A stretch of DNA of 64,000 nucleotides, taken from NCBI GenBank assembly GCA_036444275.1, contig JAZGAD010000053.1, positions 1 to 64,000 of the forward strand, read 5' to 3'. The translations under genes were made by a program, and so were the position numbers. This document shows positions 17,097 through 27,018 of the stretch, in pieces. The stretch's first letter is position 1, and every line of letters starts with the position of its first letter. The notes under the pieces were generated by a model that saw only the letters and a program-made list of their open reading frames with translations, did no database searches and was not told where the DNA came from. The DNA is from Candidatus Hydrothermarchaeales archaeon (GTDB taxonomy: Archaea > Hydrothermarchaeota > Hydrothermarchaeia > Hydrothermarchaeales > JAZGAD01).

Positions 17097-17378
17097 CTAT
17101 CCGACTAGATCATCCCTGAGCTCGTCCGGAAGCATGTGGGGTATGTCATCTATGATAGGATACCAGCGATTGCAGTCTACGCAGATCAAGACCTCTCCTT
17201 TTATCTCATCTAGTTTCTCCCCACATTTCGGGCAAGTATCCTTTCCCTGCATACGCTCGGTGTAGTAGCGAATGTCGCACTTTTTGCACTGCAGAAAATC
17301 CTCCTCTTTTTTGTACTCCACATCCTTTTTGCATATCGGGCAAGCTAGGATTTCCAATAACTCGCTACTGACAGGCAT
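17097..17378 (-). CDS. trm112: Trm112-family methyltransferase activator
   Basis: LLEILACPICK...C..CNRWYPIIDDIPHMLPDE. Confidence 0.85.
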   Translation of the reverse strand: MPVSSELLEILACPICKKDVEYKKEEDFLQCKKCDIRYYTERMQGKDTCPKCGEKLDEIKGEVLICVDCNRWYPIIDDIPHMLPDELRDDLVG

Positions 17379-17383
17379 ATCTT

Positions 17384-17989
17384 TTAGTCTACCTCTGGAG
17401 AATATTTAAATCTTCCGTCAGTCAGTAGCCCTAGTGCAGCATCGAAATCCTTCTGGGTATTGACGTTGGCTGCGAACTGAGGCATATTGACAACGAGTCT
17501 TGCTTCTCCGGGTGCGTCGAGGTCCACAATATTGACGCCACTTGGCACCAAGTCATGCATGACCAAACTCGGACTCATGCCCTGCTCCTCGAATACTTTT
17601 TTAGGCACCATTACCGCGAGTGATGTTTTTCCAAGCCTTTGGTATTCATCGACTACGAAGTCTATGTCGCTGGCCCTGATCAGGGGTAGGTCTACCGCCA
17701 TAACCAGCGCTCTGGATAATCCTATTTTTTTCATCGCTATGCGCATGTCCTGCACGTAACCCTTCCCAGGTGTTCTGACCACCTGCACATCTCTCTCCTT
17801 CAACCACACCTCTGTTTTCTTAGTCCATTTTGTAGTGGCAACATGTTTTCCCTGTATATAACTGGAGCCTTCCATGGCGTCCAAGGCTAACTCAATCATA
17901 GATTTTCCTCTAAAGGAAAGCATTGCCTTTTCCACTCCTTCCAGCCTCTTTCCCCTTCCACCGGCCATGATCAAGGCATCCAACCTCAC
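17384..17989 (-). CDS. cobY: GTP:adenosylcobinamide-phosphate guanylyltransferase
   Basis: MAGGRGKR..EK, GKGYVQD, DLP, NVNT; cob context. Confidence 0.88.
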   Translation of the reverse strand: MRLDALIMAGGRGKRLEGVEKAMLSFRGKSMIELALDAMEGSSYIQGKHVATTKWTKKTEVWLKERDVQVVRTPGKGYVQDMRIAMKKIGLSRALVMAVDLPLIRASDIDFVVDEYQRLGKTSLAVMVPKKVFEEQGMSPSLVMHDLVPSGVNIVDLDAPGEARLVVNMPQFAANVNTQKDFDAALGLLTDGRFKYSPEVD

Positions 17990-18711
17990 GTTATCACCAC
18001 TAGTACCAGCATCCTCACGAGCTCATTGATCGCACCAAAAGCATCGCCGCCGATACCATTGAAGGCTCTTTCGAATAGACGGACAAGAAGTAAAGTGAAA
18101 ACTACGGTAGCCAGCAGCAAACCTAAGCCCTTCGTCATTGTAAGGGGAATTATCAAAATCAAACATGATAGCAGGGCTAAAATGAGTTGCCTTTTATCCC
18201 GACTGACCACCTCTATGAAAGTGCTGCCTATTCCACTATGCGATGGTCTTCCTACGTACATCCCTAAAACCATGGCGAATTTGGCTAGGGTTTCAGCAGC
18301 TATTAGTGCTCTAAAAGGCTCGCCAGTTTCTATGAGAGCAGAGTAAGAGACAAGGAGAACGAAGAAGGCGAGGCCGAAGCCTCCTGCTCCAACTCTAGAG
18401 TCATGCAGTACCCTGAGCCTCTCCTCAGAGCTTTTTCTTACCATTAGAGCATCTCCAATATCCAATAAGCCGTCTAAGTGATGGAAACCCGTCAGTAGGA
18501 GGAGGACGAAAAAAGTCAGTGCCAATGAGATGCCCCTGGATAGAATGTAAGTAAGGGCATAGCCCAGGGATACGGCTATCAACGCCATCAATGCTCCAAT
18601 CACTGGGAAGAGCCAGGCATGTTCGGCTGTCTCCTCTAGCTCGCTGCCGTTCACTGGTATTATCGTTAGGAAGCCCAATACAGCTTTTACACCTATTAAT
18701 CTCAATCTCAT
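17986..18711 (-). CDS. cobS: Cobalamin synthase
   Basis: FLTIIP, GFHHLDGLLD, DSRVGAGG, GIGGDAFGA. Confidence 0.92.
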   Translation of the reverse strand: MRLRLIGVKAVLGFLTIIPVNGSELEETAEHAWLFPVIGALMALIAVSLGYALTYILSRGISLALTFFVLLLLTGFHHLDGLLDIGDALMVRKSSEERLRVLHDSRVGAGGFGLAFFVLLVSYSALIETGEPFRALIAAETLAKFAMVLGMYVGRPSHSGIGSTFIEVVSRDKRQLILALLSCLILIIPLTMTKGLGLLLATVVFTLLLVRLFERAFNGIGGDAFGAINELVRMLVLVVIT

Positions 18712-18734
18712 CCCACCGGAGGAAGCATTTTATT

Positions 18735-19832
18735 TCATCTATCTGTATCTACCAACTTGGAGTAATTCTCTTCGATTCTTTCCAGTAATAGATTGCTGTT
18801 GCATCCTCTAATAGAAGCGAGAATGGCAGTACCTCCAGCTCCAACACCCTCTTTGACTATTCCTTCCTCATAGATCCGTAGACCCGGGAATCTGGAGTTA
18901 GCAAAGCTGAGTTTAGAATACAGTATAGGTACCTCGGCAATCTGCTCAACCGTGCTTTTTATATCTGAACTTCTGTCTTCAACAATCCACTTCGTTGTGC
19001 CTATTGCAAGATTCTTAAGCACGTCTTTATTAAGGGCTGCGACGACTGCTAGTACAGCTGTCATTTGGGTGCCTCCGGCCATAAGTATTGGTATCTCTGC
19101 GCCTGCTCCAAGGACTATGCCTGAGAAGGCAGGTATCATGGGGTCGCCTAAAGCAGCAATTGCTCCTATAGGGTCTTCCCTCAAAGAGCCGAATTCAATA
19201 CCAGCTTTTTTCATACCCTCGCCTATGATCTCCTTTTTTAAATCCATAGGGTTCAGAGGCATGCTGCTGCTCACCTTTCCATTTATGCCTATGGCTGTAA
19301 GTACTCCAAGGGCAGTAGTGGTACCACCGGCAATACTCTCCCCTATAACTAGGAAATCAGCTGTTCCTGCTAGATTCTTTCCGAGGATCTTGCCCTCGTT
19401 TATCACTTTTCTCACGTCTCCTACGGCCTTCCCGTTCCGTATATCAGCACCTGGTTTTCCACCCAGAGAGAAATATGGCACATTAGGCTTCACCCTCAGA
19501 CCACCTTCGACTATGAAGGCTGGGACCTTTGTTAATTCCAAGGCAGACATCGTGATAAGGCCAGGCGTTGGTATACCCTCTGGTGTAACCGGCACGCCGT
19601 CTATGCACTCACACCTCCCAAGAAATAAGAGTTCGGCGTCAGCTGCAGGTGTATAATCAGTGATTTCTGGAACCGCTCCAGCAGCAGAGACTCCTGGTAT
19701 CTTTCCAGTCTCAGTGTTCCCTAGAACGCAGAGGAAAACAGGATTCTTGTCCTTAACCCTCGAGACAAATTCCCTCCCTTTATCTTCTAGGTAATAGAAG
19801 CCTACGTCTTTGTCTAAATCTTCATTATGCAT
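18735..19832 (-). CDS. cobT: Archaeal-type NaMN:DMB phosphoribosyltransferase
   Basis: TPAADAE, GESIAGGTTTA, AGGTQM, KEGVGAGG. Confidence 0.88.
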   Translation of the reverse strand: MHNEDLDKDVGFYYLEDKGREFVSRVKDKNPVFLCVLGNTETGKIPGVSAAGAVPEITDYTPAADAELLFLGRCECIDGVPVTPEGIPTPGLITMSALELTKVPAFIVEGGLRVKPNVPYFSLGGKPGADIRNGKAVGDVRKVINEGKILGKNLAGTADFLVIGESIAGGTTTALGVLTAIGINGKVSSSMPLNPMDLKKEIIGEGMKKAGIEFGSLREDPIGAIAALGDPMIPAFSGIVLGAGAEIPILMAGGTQMTAVLAVVAALNKDVLKNLAIGTTKWIVEDRSSDIKSTVEQIAEVPILYSKLSFANSRFPGLRIYEEGIVKEGVGAGGTAILASIRGCNSNLLLERIEENYSKLVDTDR

Positions 19833-19846
19833 ATCTCCACCTCTAT

Positions 19847-20746
19847 TTAGCTCATTAAGATTATTGATGAGACTAAGAACAATACCGAAGAGATGTTCAC
19901 AAGCCTTAGTGCTCTGCCAATATGCTCCCTTCGGAGTTCTGCATTCCCATCTCCAAGTCGGTAGTAACCTATTTTCTCCAGCTGCACGCCTAAGGCACCG
20001 GCAAGGGCACTCATGGCATGCCCTGAGTTCGGACTAAGGGTCTTCTTCCTATCTCTCAGGAATATCTTCGCGCTGCCCTTCCAGTTCTCGCCGAGCAGGA
20101 TAGAAGATAGCAGAATCAATAAGGAGGTTATACGAGCCGGGATATAGTTGAGGACATCGTCAAGTTTCGCTGGGAAGAACCCGATGTTTGAATATCCCTT
20201 TTTTTTGTACCCTAGCTCCGAGTCCAGTGTATTCACTGCTCTATAAAAGACAGCCGCCGCTACACCAAGCGCAGGTCCTAAAATGCTCCCTACGACAAGG
20301 TAATAGAACAATGGTGCTACAATGCCATCTACGCTGCTGTCCCCTATGGATTCTACAGCTGCAGAAATCACATGTCCCTCGTCAAGAGTGCCAGTATCTC
20401 TCCCCACCATCTTTGAAACCGCCTTCCTCGCACGCTCTAGATCGTTTTGAATGCATTTAGATACTTCCTTAGCATGCTCCGAAAGGGACCGCCATGCGAA
20501 CTGGAGCTTGAGTATCCAGGCTGCAACTACGACGTTGGTGACTGCTACCAACGCATAAGCAGTGAAGGAAAAAGGTAAGGCAACTGCCAAGAGGATAAGC
20601 ACGCCGTAAATCCTCCTATCGCTAGTATACGGCCTCAGAAGACTGGTCAATCTTCCCATCCACACAGTAGAGTGAAACCTTCTAGGCTCTCCTACAAGCC
20701 AGTCAGCTAGCAACGCTAGTAATAAAATCTGAAACAAGGGCGTCAT
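19847..20746 (-). CDS. cbiB: Adenosylcobinamide-phosphate synthase
   Basis: VGRDT, AVES, YRAVNTLDS, SPNSG. Confidence 0.92.
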   Translation of the reverse strand: MTPLFQILLLALLADWLVGEPRRFHSTVWMGRLTSLLRPYTSDRRIYGVLILLAVALPFSFTAYALVAVTNVVVAAWILKLQFAWRSLSEHAKEVSKCIQNDLERARKAVSKMVGRDTGTLDEGHVISAAVESIGDSSVDGIVAPLFYYLVVGSILGPALGVAAAVFYRAVNTLDSELGYKKKGYSNIGFFPAKLDDVLNYIPARITSLLILLSSILLGENWKGSAKIFLRDRKKTLSPNSGHAMSALAGALGVQLEKIGYYRLGDGNAELRREHIGRALRLVNISSVLFLVSSIILMS

Positions 20747-22213
20747 TTACATCAGCCACCCTTCTATCATATCTATCTCTATGCTCTCAGACACAGTGCT
20801 CGCTGCTCTTGTAATACTCTTCAGCCATGCATCCCTTACATCCACATCTCGCGGCGCTGTTTTCCCTGAATCTAAGCCTGCGAAGAAGGCCTTCCTGAAC
20901 CCAGGTGAGTCGAAGATGCCATGGAGATAGGTCCCGAAGACCGTGCCCTCGCGATTCATTGCTCCATCAACTCTGCCACTCAAGTCAAGTAACGGCTGGG
21001 CGTTACTCCCTAAAATGGTCTTTCCCATATGTATCTCGTATCCAGCTACACTCTCGCCAGCAGCAGCACGCAAGAATCCATAGTCTGCTAGAACCTTCCC
21101 CTCCACTTGCTTTGTCACTTTCCGGTATTCCTCGAACCTAGTTTCCACATCTAATAATCCAAGGCCTTCTAGTTCGCCGTTGCCTTCTATCCCATTATCT
21201 ATGATGCGCTTCCCCAGGATCTGGTAGCCTCCACATATCCCTATTATTGGAATGGTACCTGCCAGGCTCTTGAGTTTATCCGCAAAGCCCTTTTCCCGGA
21301 GCCACTTCAAGTCCTCCATGGTATTCTTGGTCCCAGGAATTATAATACCCTCTGGTCTGCCTAACTCCGACGCCTCTGCGACGTATCTAACCCTAGCGCC
21401 ATCGTAGGCAAGAGGATCGAAATCTGTGAAATTAGATATCCTGGGAAGCCTTATCACAGCTATATCCACACCATTGTTTGCCGAGTGTTCTTCTAACGAG
21501 AGAGAGTCCTCCCCCGGAAGCTCAAGGTCAGTGATGTAGGGTATCACGCCGAGCACCGGTATATGGGTCTTATTTTCTATCATCTCCAAACCTGGGTTAA
21601 GGATATTCACGTCCCCTCGGAACTTGTTGATGACAACGCCTTTGACCCTGTGTTTATGCTCAGGCTTCAAAAGCTCGACTGTTCCATAGATGCTCGCAAA
21701 TACCCCTCCGCGATCTATATCTGCGATGAGTATCACCTCTGCATCAGCCATATCTGCAATACGCATGTTGGCTATGTCGCAGTGATAGAGATTTATCTCG
21801 GCAGGGCTTCCGGCGCCCTCGATGATTATAAGCTCGTACTCTCGCTGCAGCGTTTCTAGGGCGTCGCCCACTATCTCTAGTCCTTCTTTTAAGGCGAACT
21901 TTTCGTAGTAGTCCCTAGCATCTATCTCGATGTATGGGGAGCCATTCACTACAACCTGCGATGTGCTGTCTCCTTTGGGCTTTACTAGAATGGGATTCAT
22001 CTCTGGTGTCGGTTCTATTCCAGCGGCTAGGGCTTGAAGAGCCTGTGCCCTGGATATCTCCTTCCCGTCTCTAGTAACGAAGGAGTTCAACGAGGTGTTC
22101 TGGGCCTTAAAGGGCGCCACTTTATACCCCTTGTCGGCAAAGACCCTGCAGAGTGCCATAGCGAGAAAAGATTTCCCGGAATAAGAAGCCGTTCCCTGCA
22201 CCATCAGATTCAT
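20747..22213 (-). CDS. cbiP: Cobyric acid synthase
   Basis: GTASYSGKS, PFKAQN, EGAGSPAEIN, GICGGYQ, GTYLHG. Confidence 0.95.
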   Translation of the reverse strand: MNLMVQGTASYSGKSFLAMALCRVFADKGYKVAPFKAQNTSLNSFVTRDGKEISRAQALQALAAGIEPTPEMNPILVKPKGDSTSQVVVNGSPYIEIDARDYYEKFALKEGLEIVGDALETLQREYELIIIEGAGSPAEINLYHCDIANMRIADMADAEVILIADIDRGGVFASIYGTVELLKPEHKHRVKGVVINKFRGDVNILNPGLEMIENKTHIPVLGVIPYITDLELPGEDSLSLEEHSANNGVDIAVIRLPRISNFTDFDPLAYDGARVRYVAEASELGRPEGIIIPGTKNTMEDLKWLREKGFADKLKSLAGTIPIIGICGGYQILGKRIIDNGIEGNGELEGLGLLDVETRFEEYRKVTKQVEGKVLADYGFLRAAAGESVAGYEIHMGKTILGSNAQPLLDLSGRVDGAMNREGTVFGTYLHGIFDSPGFRKAFFAGLDSGKTAPRDVDVRDAWLKSITRAASTVSESIEIDMIEGWLM

Positions 22214-22536
22214 AAAGCACCTTCCATACCAGCTATTTTCAACCTGAGGTTGGCGATAGCATCCTTATCCACTCCTTTAAGGTCTCTTATTCCTTCTAAG
22301 ACTGTCTTTGCGGTTTTCTGATGGTGAATCCATGTGCAGTCGATGCAGCTCCAGACTTCATTGCGTGTCTTCTTGCTAATCTTTAGCTTTCCACCTGTAG
22401 AGGTATCTAAACAAGGGTAGAATGGGCAATAGCACCATGTGCAGTCCTGGCCCTCGAAGTGACAGGGGTAGTAGTCACAGTCCTTATCACTCCCCTTGAG
22501 TTCAGAGATAGCCCATATTTCAGTCGTTTTAGTCAC
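22210..22536 (-). CDS. Cysteine-rich small domain protein (cob-associated)
   Basis: CDYYPCH...DCTWCYCPFYPC...WSCIDC..H. Confidence 0.8.
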   Translation of the reverse strand: MTKTTEIWAISELKGSDKDCDYYPCHFEGQDCTWCYCPFYPCLDTSTGGKLKISKKTRNEVWSCIDCTWIHHQKTAKTVLEGIRDLKGVDKDAIANLRLKIAGMEGAL

Positions 22537-23594
22537 TTCAACACCTTTTTCAACTCTCCCAGTAGAATGAAGTTCTCCTCCCTACTTCTAACCGATATCC
22601 TAGCGTGGTACTCGTCTAGGCCATGGAAGGAAGCGCAGTCCCTGATCAATATCCCCTTGTCTATGAGCTTTTTTCTCAGTTCAGCAGCAGTAACCTCAAA
22701 GTGCCTTAGATTAAAGAGGAGGAAGTTCGCCTCTGAGCAGTAGACCTTCAACTCCAATCTGGAAAGCTCATCATAGAGGAGATCCCTCTCCATGCGAATG
22801 AATTCTCTAGATTTCCTAGCAAAATCGTCGTCTTGTAGCAACTTCAGGAGGGCAACCTGAGCAAGAGCGTTTACATTCCATGGCACCCTCACCCCCTCCA
22901 TTTTTGCTATGAGTTCTTCATCAGCTACACCATAGCCAATTCTCAAGCCAGGTAAGGAATAGAATTTGGTCATAGAGCGGAGTACGAAGAGGTTGGGATA
23001 TCCTCTTATCTTGCTTGATGCACTCTCCAAATCAGTGAATTCGATATAGGCTTCATCTAGGAAAAGGAGTATACCTCTCTCTAATGCTTCCTTCATTATT
23101 GCATCGAGGCCCTTTATTGTTTTCCCAGTGGGATTATTCGGATTGCACAGGAAGACAGCTCTAGTGTTATCTCCGAATTCTATATCCTTATGCGAGACTT
23201 CGAAGTCTCTCTCCTTCCCCCCATACACCCTCTTAATGATAGCTCCCTCTGCCTCGCTCCATAAGCCATATTCTGAGAAGGTAGGCTCCAATATGAGTAC
23301 TTCATCTTCTTTTCTGAGGAAAGCTTCACAGAAGTTTTTAATAAGTTCCGTTGACCCGTTGCCCAATGTTATATTCTCTGGTTCTAGTCCTAGGTGTCTA
23401 GAAAGGACGGCCTTCATCTCCTTCCCATCGGGGTCTGGGTAATAACCAATTCTCCATAGCTCCTTTTTGATGGCTTCTACAGCGCTTTTCGGCGGGCCAA
23501 GAGGATTGACATTGGAACTGAAGTCTATAACAGGAAAATAGTCCCAGACATCCCCTCCATGCACTCGCTTTTGAAGCTGGATTCTAAGGGCCAT
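22533..23594 (-). CDS. cobD: L-threonine-O-3-phosphate decarboxylase
   Basis: HGG, DFSSNVNPLG, NPNNPTG, RSMTKFYSLPGLRIG. Confidence 0.9.
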   Translation of the reverse strand: MALRIQLQKRVHGGDVWDYFPVIDFSSNVNPLGPPKSAVEAIKKELWRIGYYPDPDGKEMKAVLSRHLGLEPENITLGNGSTELIKNFCEAFLRKEDEVLILEPTFSEYGLWSEAEGAIIKRVYGGKERDFEVSHKDIEFGDNTRAVFLCNPNNPTGKTIKGLDAIMKEALERGILLFLDEAYIEFTDLESASSKIRGYPNLFVLRSMTKFYSLPGLRIGYGVADEELIAKMEGVRVPWNVNALAQVALLKLLQDDDFARKSREFIRMERDLLYDELSRLELKVYCSEANFLLFNLRHFEVTAAELRKKLIDKGILIRDCASFHGLDEYHARISVRSREENFILLGELKKVLK

Positions 23595-23646
23595 GAAACC
23601 TACTTGATAAGAGATTTAAATAACTCACCGATTAAGATAATATTTG

Positions 23647-23662
23647 TTAGCCTAAGTAGTAA
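23647..23662. promoter_or_regulatory. Putative cob-regulon operator TTAGC-N6-AGTAA
   Basis: Begins 53 bp upstream of the cobD ATG, beyond the TATA (minus-strand TTTAAAT near 23614-23621). Confidence 0.65.
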
Positions 23663-23746
23663 TGAAAATCGTTTTTCTATATTTCTGCAACATCATGCCC
23701 AAGATATGCGATTATGGTTACAAAGTAGCATGTTCGCACTATGATG

Positions 23747-24520
23747 TCATACGTGAGTTTGCGCCTTCGACTCTCTAAGCAACCAACTCAAGACACCTGA
23801 GTAATCCTGTGTAATCTCCCCATAATCGATCACCGGCCGCTTAATCACTACCGCATGTATCCCCAACTCCAAAGCAGCCATCACCTTATCTTCAGTGCCA
23901 CCTGTAGACCCGCTTTCCTTCATTACTAGGACATCAGCACAGTATTCCTTGAGAAACGCAACATTGAGCTCGTGACTAACAGGCCCCTCCATAGCTATTA
24001 TGTCGTTGGGCGTTAAGCCCAAATCCAAGCAGATTCTTAGTGCGTTTTCAGAGGGCAAAACTCTAGCTACCACTCTTCTTTCGCCCACAGCATTCATAAA
24101 TGTTGCAAGGTTATTTGTGCCAGCTGCATAGAAGATCACTTTTCCCCAGTCTGCAGCTATCTTTCCAGCTTCATTGAAGTCCTCAGCTATATGTATCAAT
24201 TCAGATTTAGGCAGCTTAGCCGCCTTCCGCTCAAACCTTAGATATGGAACAGCCGATTTCCGGCATGCCTTAATGGCATTCTGTGAGGCAGTTGCGGCGA
24301 AGGGATGCGTGGCATCCACAACTCCTGTTATAGCCTTTTCACCGAGGAATTCCATCATTTGTTGCAGGTCCATGGATCCTACGACTTCGTCAGCTCCAGC
24401 CGCCCTCACAAGAGTGGCCCCATACTCAGTCACAGCGCTGGCTACAACGCTATATCCTTTCTCTTTAAGGAGCTCTACAAGTTCCTTTCCCTCCCTCGTA
24501 CCTGAGAGCACCCAGATCAT
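23747..24520 (-). CDS. cbiJ: Cobalt-precorrin-6A reductase
   Basis: GTREG, DATHPFA, KESG..GG..K. Confidence 0.9.
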   Translation of the reverse strand: MIWVLSGTREGKELVELLKEKGYSVVASAVTEYGATLVRAAGADEVVGSMDLQQMMEFLGEKAITGVVDATHPFAATASQNAIKACRKSAVPYLRFERKAAKLPKSELIHIAEDFNEAGKIAADWGKVIFYAAGTNNLATFMNAVGERRVVARVLPSENALRICLDLGLTPNDIIAMEGPVSHELNVAFLKEYCADVLVMKESGSTGGTEDKVMAALELGIHAVVIKRPVIDYGEITQDYSGVLSWLLRESKAQTHV

Positions 24521-24523
24521 TGC

Positions 24524-25261
24524 CTATCCCTTCTTAGGGTAGCCCCTAGGCGTCACTATTTTCCCGTTATGGATAAAGCTCTCAGAATTCCCTATAATTA
24601 TCGTGGTAAACATATCCACTTCAGGCTCCAGCATCTCGCCTAGGGTAGTTACCTTCACTTTCTCTCCCTCCCGCATAGCATTCTTCACTATGCCCACTGG
24701 AGTATCACTTGCTCTGTACTTCCGTAGAAGCTCAACGGCTTTTTTCAACTGCCACTCCCGTCCCTTACTCTTTGGATTATACAAGACTATGACGAAGTCG
24801 GCCTCAGCGGCACATACGAGTCTCTTCTCTATAGCCTCCCACGGCGTCAAGAGATCACTCAGGCTGATGACAGCATGATCATGTCCTAAAGGAGCACCTA
24901 GGAGAGCGGCTGCAGCATTGGCAGCGGCTACACCAGGTATTATCTCTACGTTAACCGCTAGGTTGGAGTCCCGCATATACTCGAGGAGCGCACTCCCCAT
25001 AGCATACACCCCGGGGTCCCCGCTACTTACCACGGCTACATCATCACCAGCGAGCGCCCTATCCACCGCTATCCTCGCCCTATCACTCTCATGCCCCATA
25101 CCCATAGAGACCACATCCTTACCGCGTAGAAACTCGGATAGCAGCTCGATATAGCCTTTATAGCCCACTACCACCTTCGCTCTCTCCACCGCCTCTACCG
25201 CGCGATAAGTCATATGCGCCTTGCCCCCGGGACCGATGCCTACTAAGAAGATCTTTCCCAC
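24524..25261 (-). CDS. cbiH: Cobalt-precorrin-3B C17-methyltransferase
   Basis: GIGPG, SSGDPGVY, ISLSDLLTPW, LYNP, TPRGY. Confidence 0.93.
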   Translation of the reverse strand: MGKIFLVGIGPGGKAHMTYRAVEAVERAKVVVGYKGYIELLSEFLRGKDVVSMGMGHESDRARIAVDRALAGDDVAVVSSGDPGVYAMGSALLEYMRDSNLAVNVEIIPGVAAANAAAALLGAPLGHDHAVISLSDLLTPWEAIEKRLVCAAEADFVIVLYNPKSKGREWQLKKAVELLRKYRASDTPVGIVKNAMREGEKVKVTTLGEMLEPEVDMFTTIIIGNSESFIHNGKIVTPRGYPKKG

Positions 25262-26247
25262 TGGTAATCCTCCTCTGCTATCGCGATAGTTACTCCTGCA
25301 AATTTCGTCTTCCCTTGGATAAGCTTAGCTCCTTTCCCCGCTAGTACTGCACTCGGCTCGCATACTGCTGAAACACCCACCTTTGCTTTTACTTCTCTAG
25401 AGCCTTTGAATAAGCCTTCATTCTCCCTTATCAGCTCTGAACTCACCGGCAGTAAAGGCACTGCAAGCGCATGTGCCGCCTTTACTATGCCTCTCTCACC
25501 AGCTTTAAAATCAGCTGTGGCTAAGGCGGCTATGCTACCCATACTCAGCTCTGCAGTCTCGAAGGACTGAGCAATAGCATCCAGCACAGTTTTACTACTT
25601 ATCCCCTTTTTTGCACCGATACCTACCACTAGGTTCCTGGGCCTCAGTACCGCCCTCGGTTGTTTTGTCTCTCCATAGATCTTGTTGGTTATGATCACTA
25701 AGGCGTCGAAGTCGTTGGGGGAGTCGCAGATAGACATATTTCCTGACAGGTGCAGACTCAAATTAAAGTTTGAATCCAGATCAATGTGGACACCAACCTC
25801 TTTGTCGTTGACTATCGCGGCATTCACTTCTTTCAACTGGGATTCCTCATCGATTACTAGTTTATACATACGTGCTATGTCTTCTACACTCGGCTTTCCC
25901 TGGACATCTGTAGCTGTAGTTATAACCGGATCAGAGCCTAGATGCGCTGCTATCTCTCTGGTTAGTTCGTTAGCCCCTCGATGCCCAGACAGAACGCTTA
26001 TAACGTGTCTGCCCTTCTCGTCTACTGCTACGACAGCTGGATCGCTTCTCTTGTCACTTATAAGCCCCGAGATAGTCCTTACAACTATACCCAAAGCCAT
26101 TACAAAGACCAAAGCATCGTAGCTTCTAAACGCCTCTTCGACTAACCTAGGGGAGAAATTAGAGAGCTTTGCATCACCTAGAGCCTCCGTAATCCTCTGG
26201 GCTGTCTCCCGTCCGTGTTTCGTAACTGCAAAGACAGCTATCCTCAT
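25243..26247 (-). CDS. cbiG: Cobalt-precorrin-5A hydrolase
   Basis: MALGIVVR, DPAVV, SGH..GAN, VITTATD, VCEPSA. Confidence 0.9.
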   Translation of the reverse strand: MRIAVFAVTKHGRETAQRITEALGDAKLSNFSPRLVEEAFRSYDALVFVMALGIVVRTISGLISDKRSDPAVVAVDEKGRHVISVLSGHRGANELTREIAAHLGSDPVITTATDVQGKPSVEDIARMYKLVIDEESQLKEVNAAIVNDKEVGVHIDLDSNFNLSLHLSGNMSICDSPNDFDALVIITNKIYGETKQPRAVLRPRNLVVGIGAKKGISSKTVLDAIAQSFETAELSMGSIAALATADFKAGERGIVKAAHALAVPLLPVSSELIRENEGLFKGSREVKAKVGVSAVCEPSAVLAGKGAKLIQGKTKFAGVTIAIAEEDYQWERSS

Positions 26248-27018
26248 CTAAAGTTCCTCTTTTTTTGTCCTGAAACTGTGCTCGAATTCCCCAGAGTATA
26301 GTCTGGACCTCTTATCTTTAGCACTCAAAAAATCCCCAACCAATATAATGGCAGTCTTATTTACTCCCGCGGCTTTCACCTTGCTGGCAATATCGCTCAG
26401 CTTTCCAGTTATGATCTTCTCATCCTTCCATGAAACCCTGTAGACAACAGCAACTGGAGCTGCGCCTCCATAGCCCCTCTTCAGCTCCTCGACCGCTTCC
26501 TCGATCATATGGGCACTAAGAAAGACGCCCATGGAGCACCGATGCCTAGCCAGTTCTCCCAGCTTCTCCTTTTCAGGCACACTTGTCCTGCCAGCTAGAC
26601 GAGTGATTATCAAGCTTTGAGATACATCCGGAACCGTATATTCTCTCTTCAGAGAAGCCGCAGCCGCAAAGATGGAGCTCACACCAGGTATGACCTTATA
26701 GTTGATTCCTTCCTTCCTTAACAGTGCCATCTGCTCCTGTGTAGCGCCGTATAAGCTTGGATCCCCGCTGTGCAGCCTAGCCACTACTTTCCCCTCATTT
26801 GCAGCTTTCTTGATGATCTTAAATATCTCTTCCAGGGTAAGCCCAGCGGAGTCATAAAGCTCTGCACCTGTCTTAGCGTATTTCAGAATCTCTGGATTTA
26901 TGAGGGAGCCGGCATAGACGACGACATCAGCTCTTTCCAAAATGGCTTTTGCCTTCAGAGTTATTAGCTCAGGGTCTCCTGGCCCAGCTCCTATTATGTA
27001 GACCGTCATTTGGTGCAC
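26248..27018 (-). CDS. cbiF: Cobalt-precorrin-4 C11-methyltransferase
   Basis: GAGPGDPELIT, RLHSGDPSLYG, SRLY...F.H. Confidence 0.93.
   Translation of the reverse strand: MHQMTVYIIGAGPGDPELITLKAKAILERADVVVYAGSLINPEILKYAKTGAELYDSAGLTLEEIFKIIKKAANEGKVVARLHSGDPSLYGATQEQMALLRKEGINYKVIPGVSSIFAAAASLKREYTVPDVSQSLIITRLAGRTSVPEKEKLGELARHRCSMGVFLSAHMIEEAVEELKRGYGGAAPVAVVYRVSWKDEKIITGKLSDIASKVKAAGVNKTAIILVGDFLSAKDKRSRLYSGEFEHSFRTKKEEL

Noticed and set aside
18952-19656. Long antisense ORFs (also 4687-5433, 6551-7150, 35119-35727, 37094-37846, 39910-40689, 55984-56712)
   Set aside because: Shadows of well-conserved genes on the opposite strand, with no motifs
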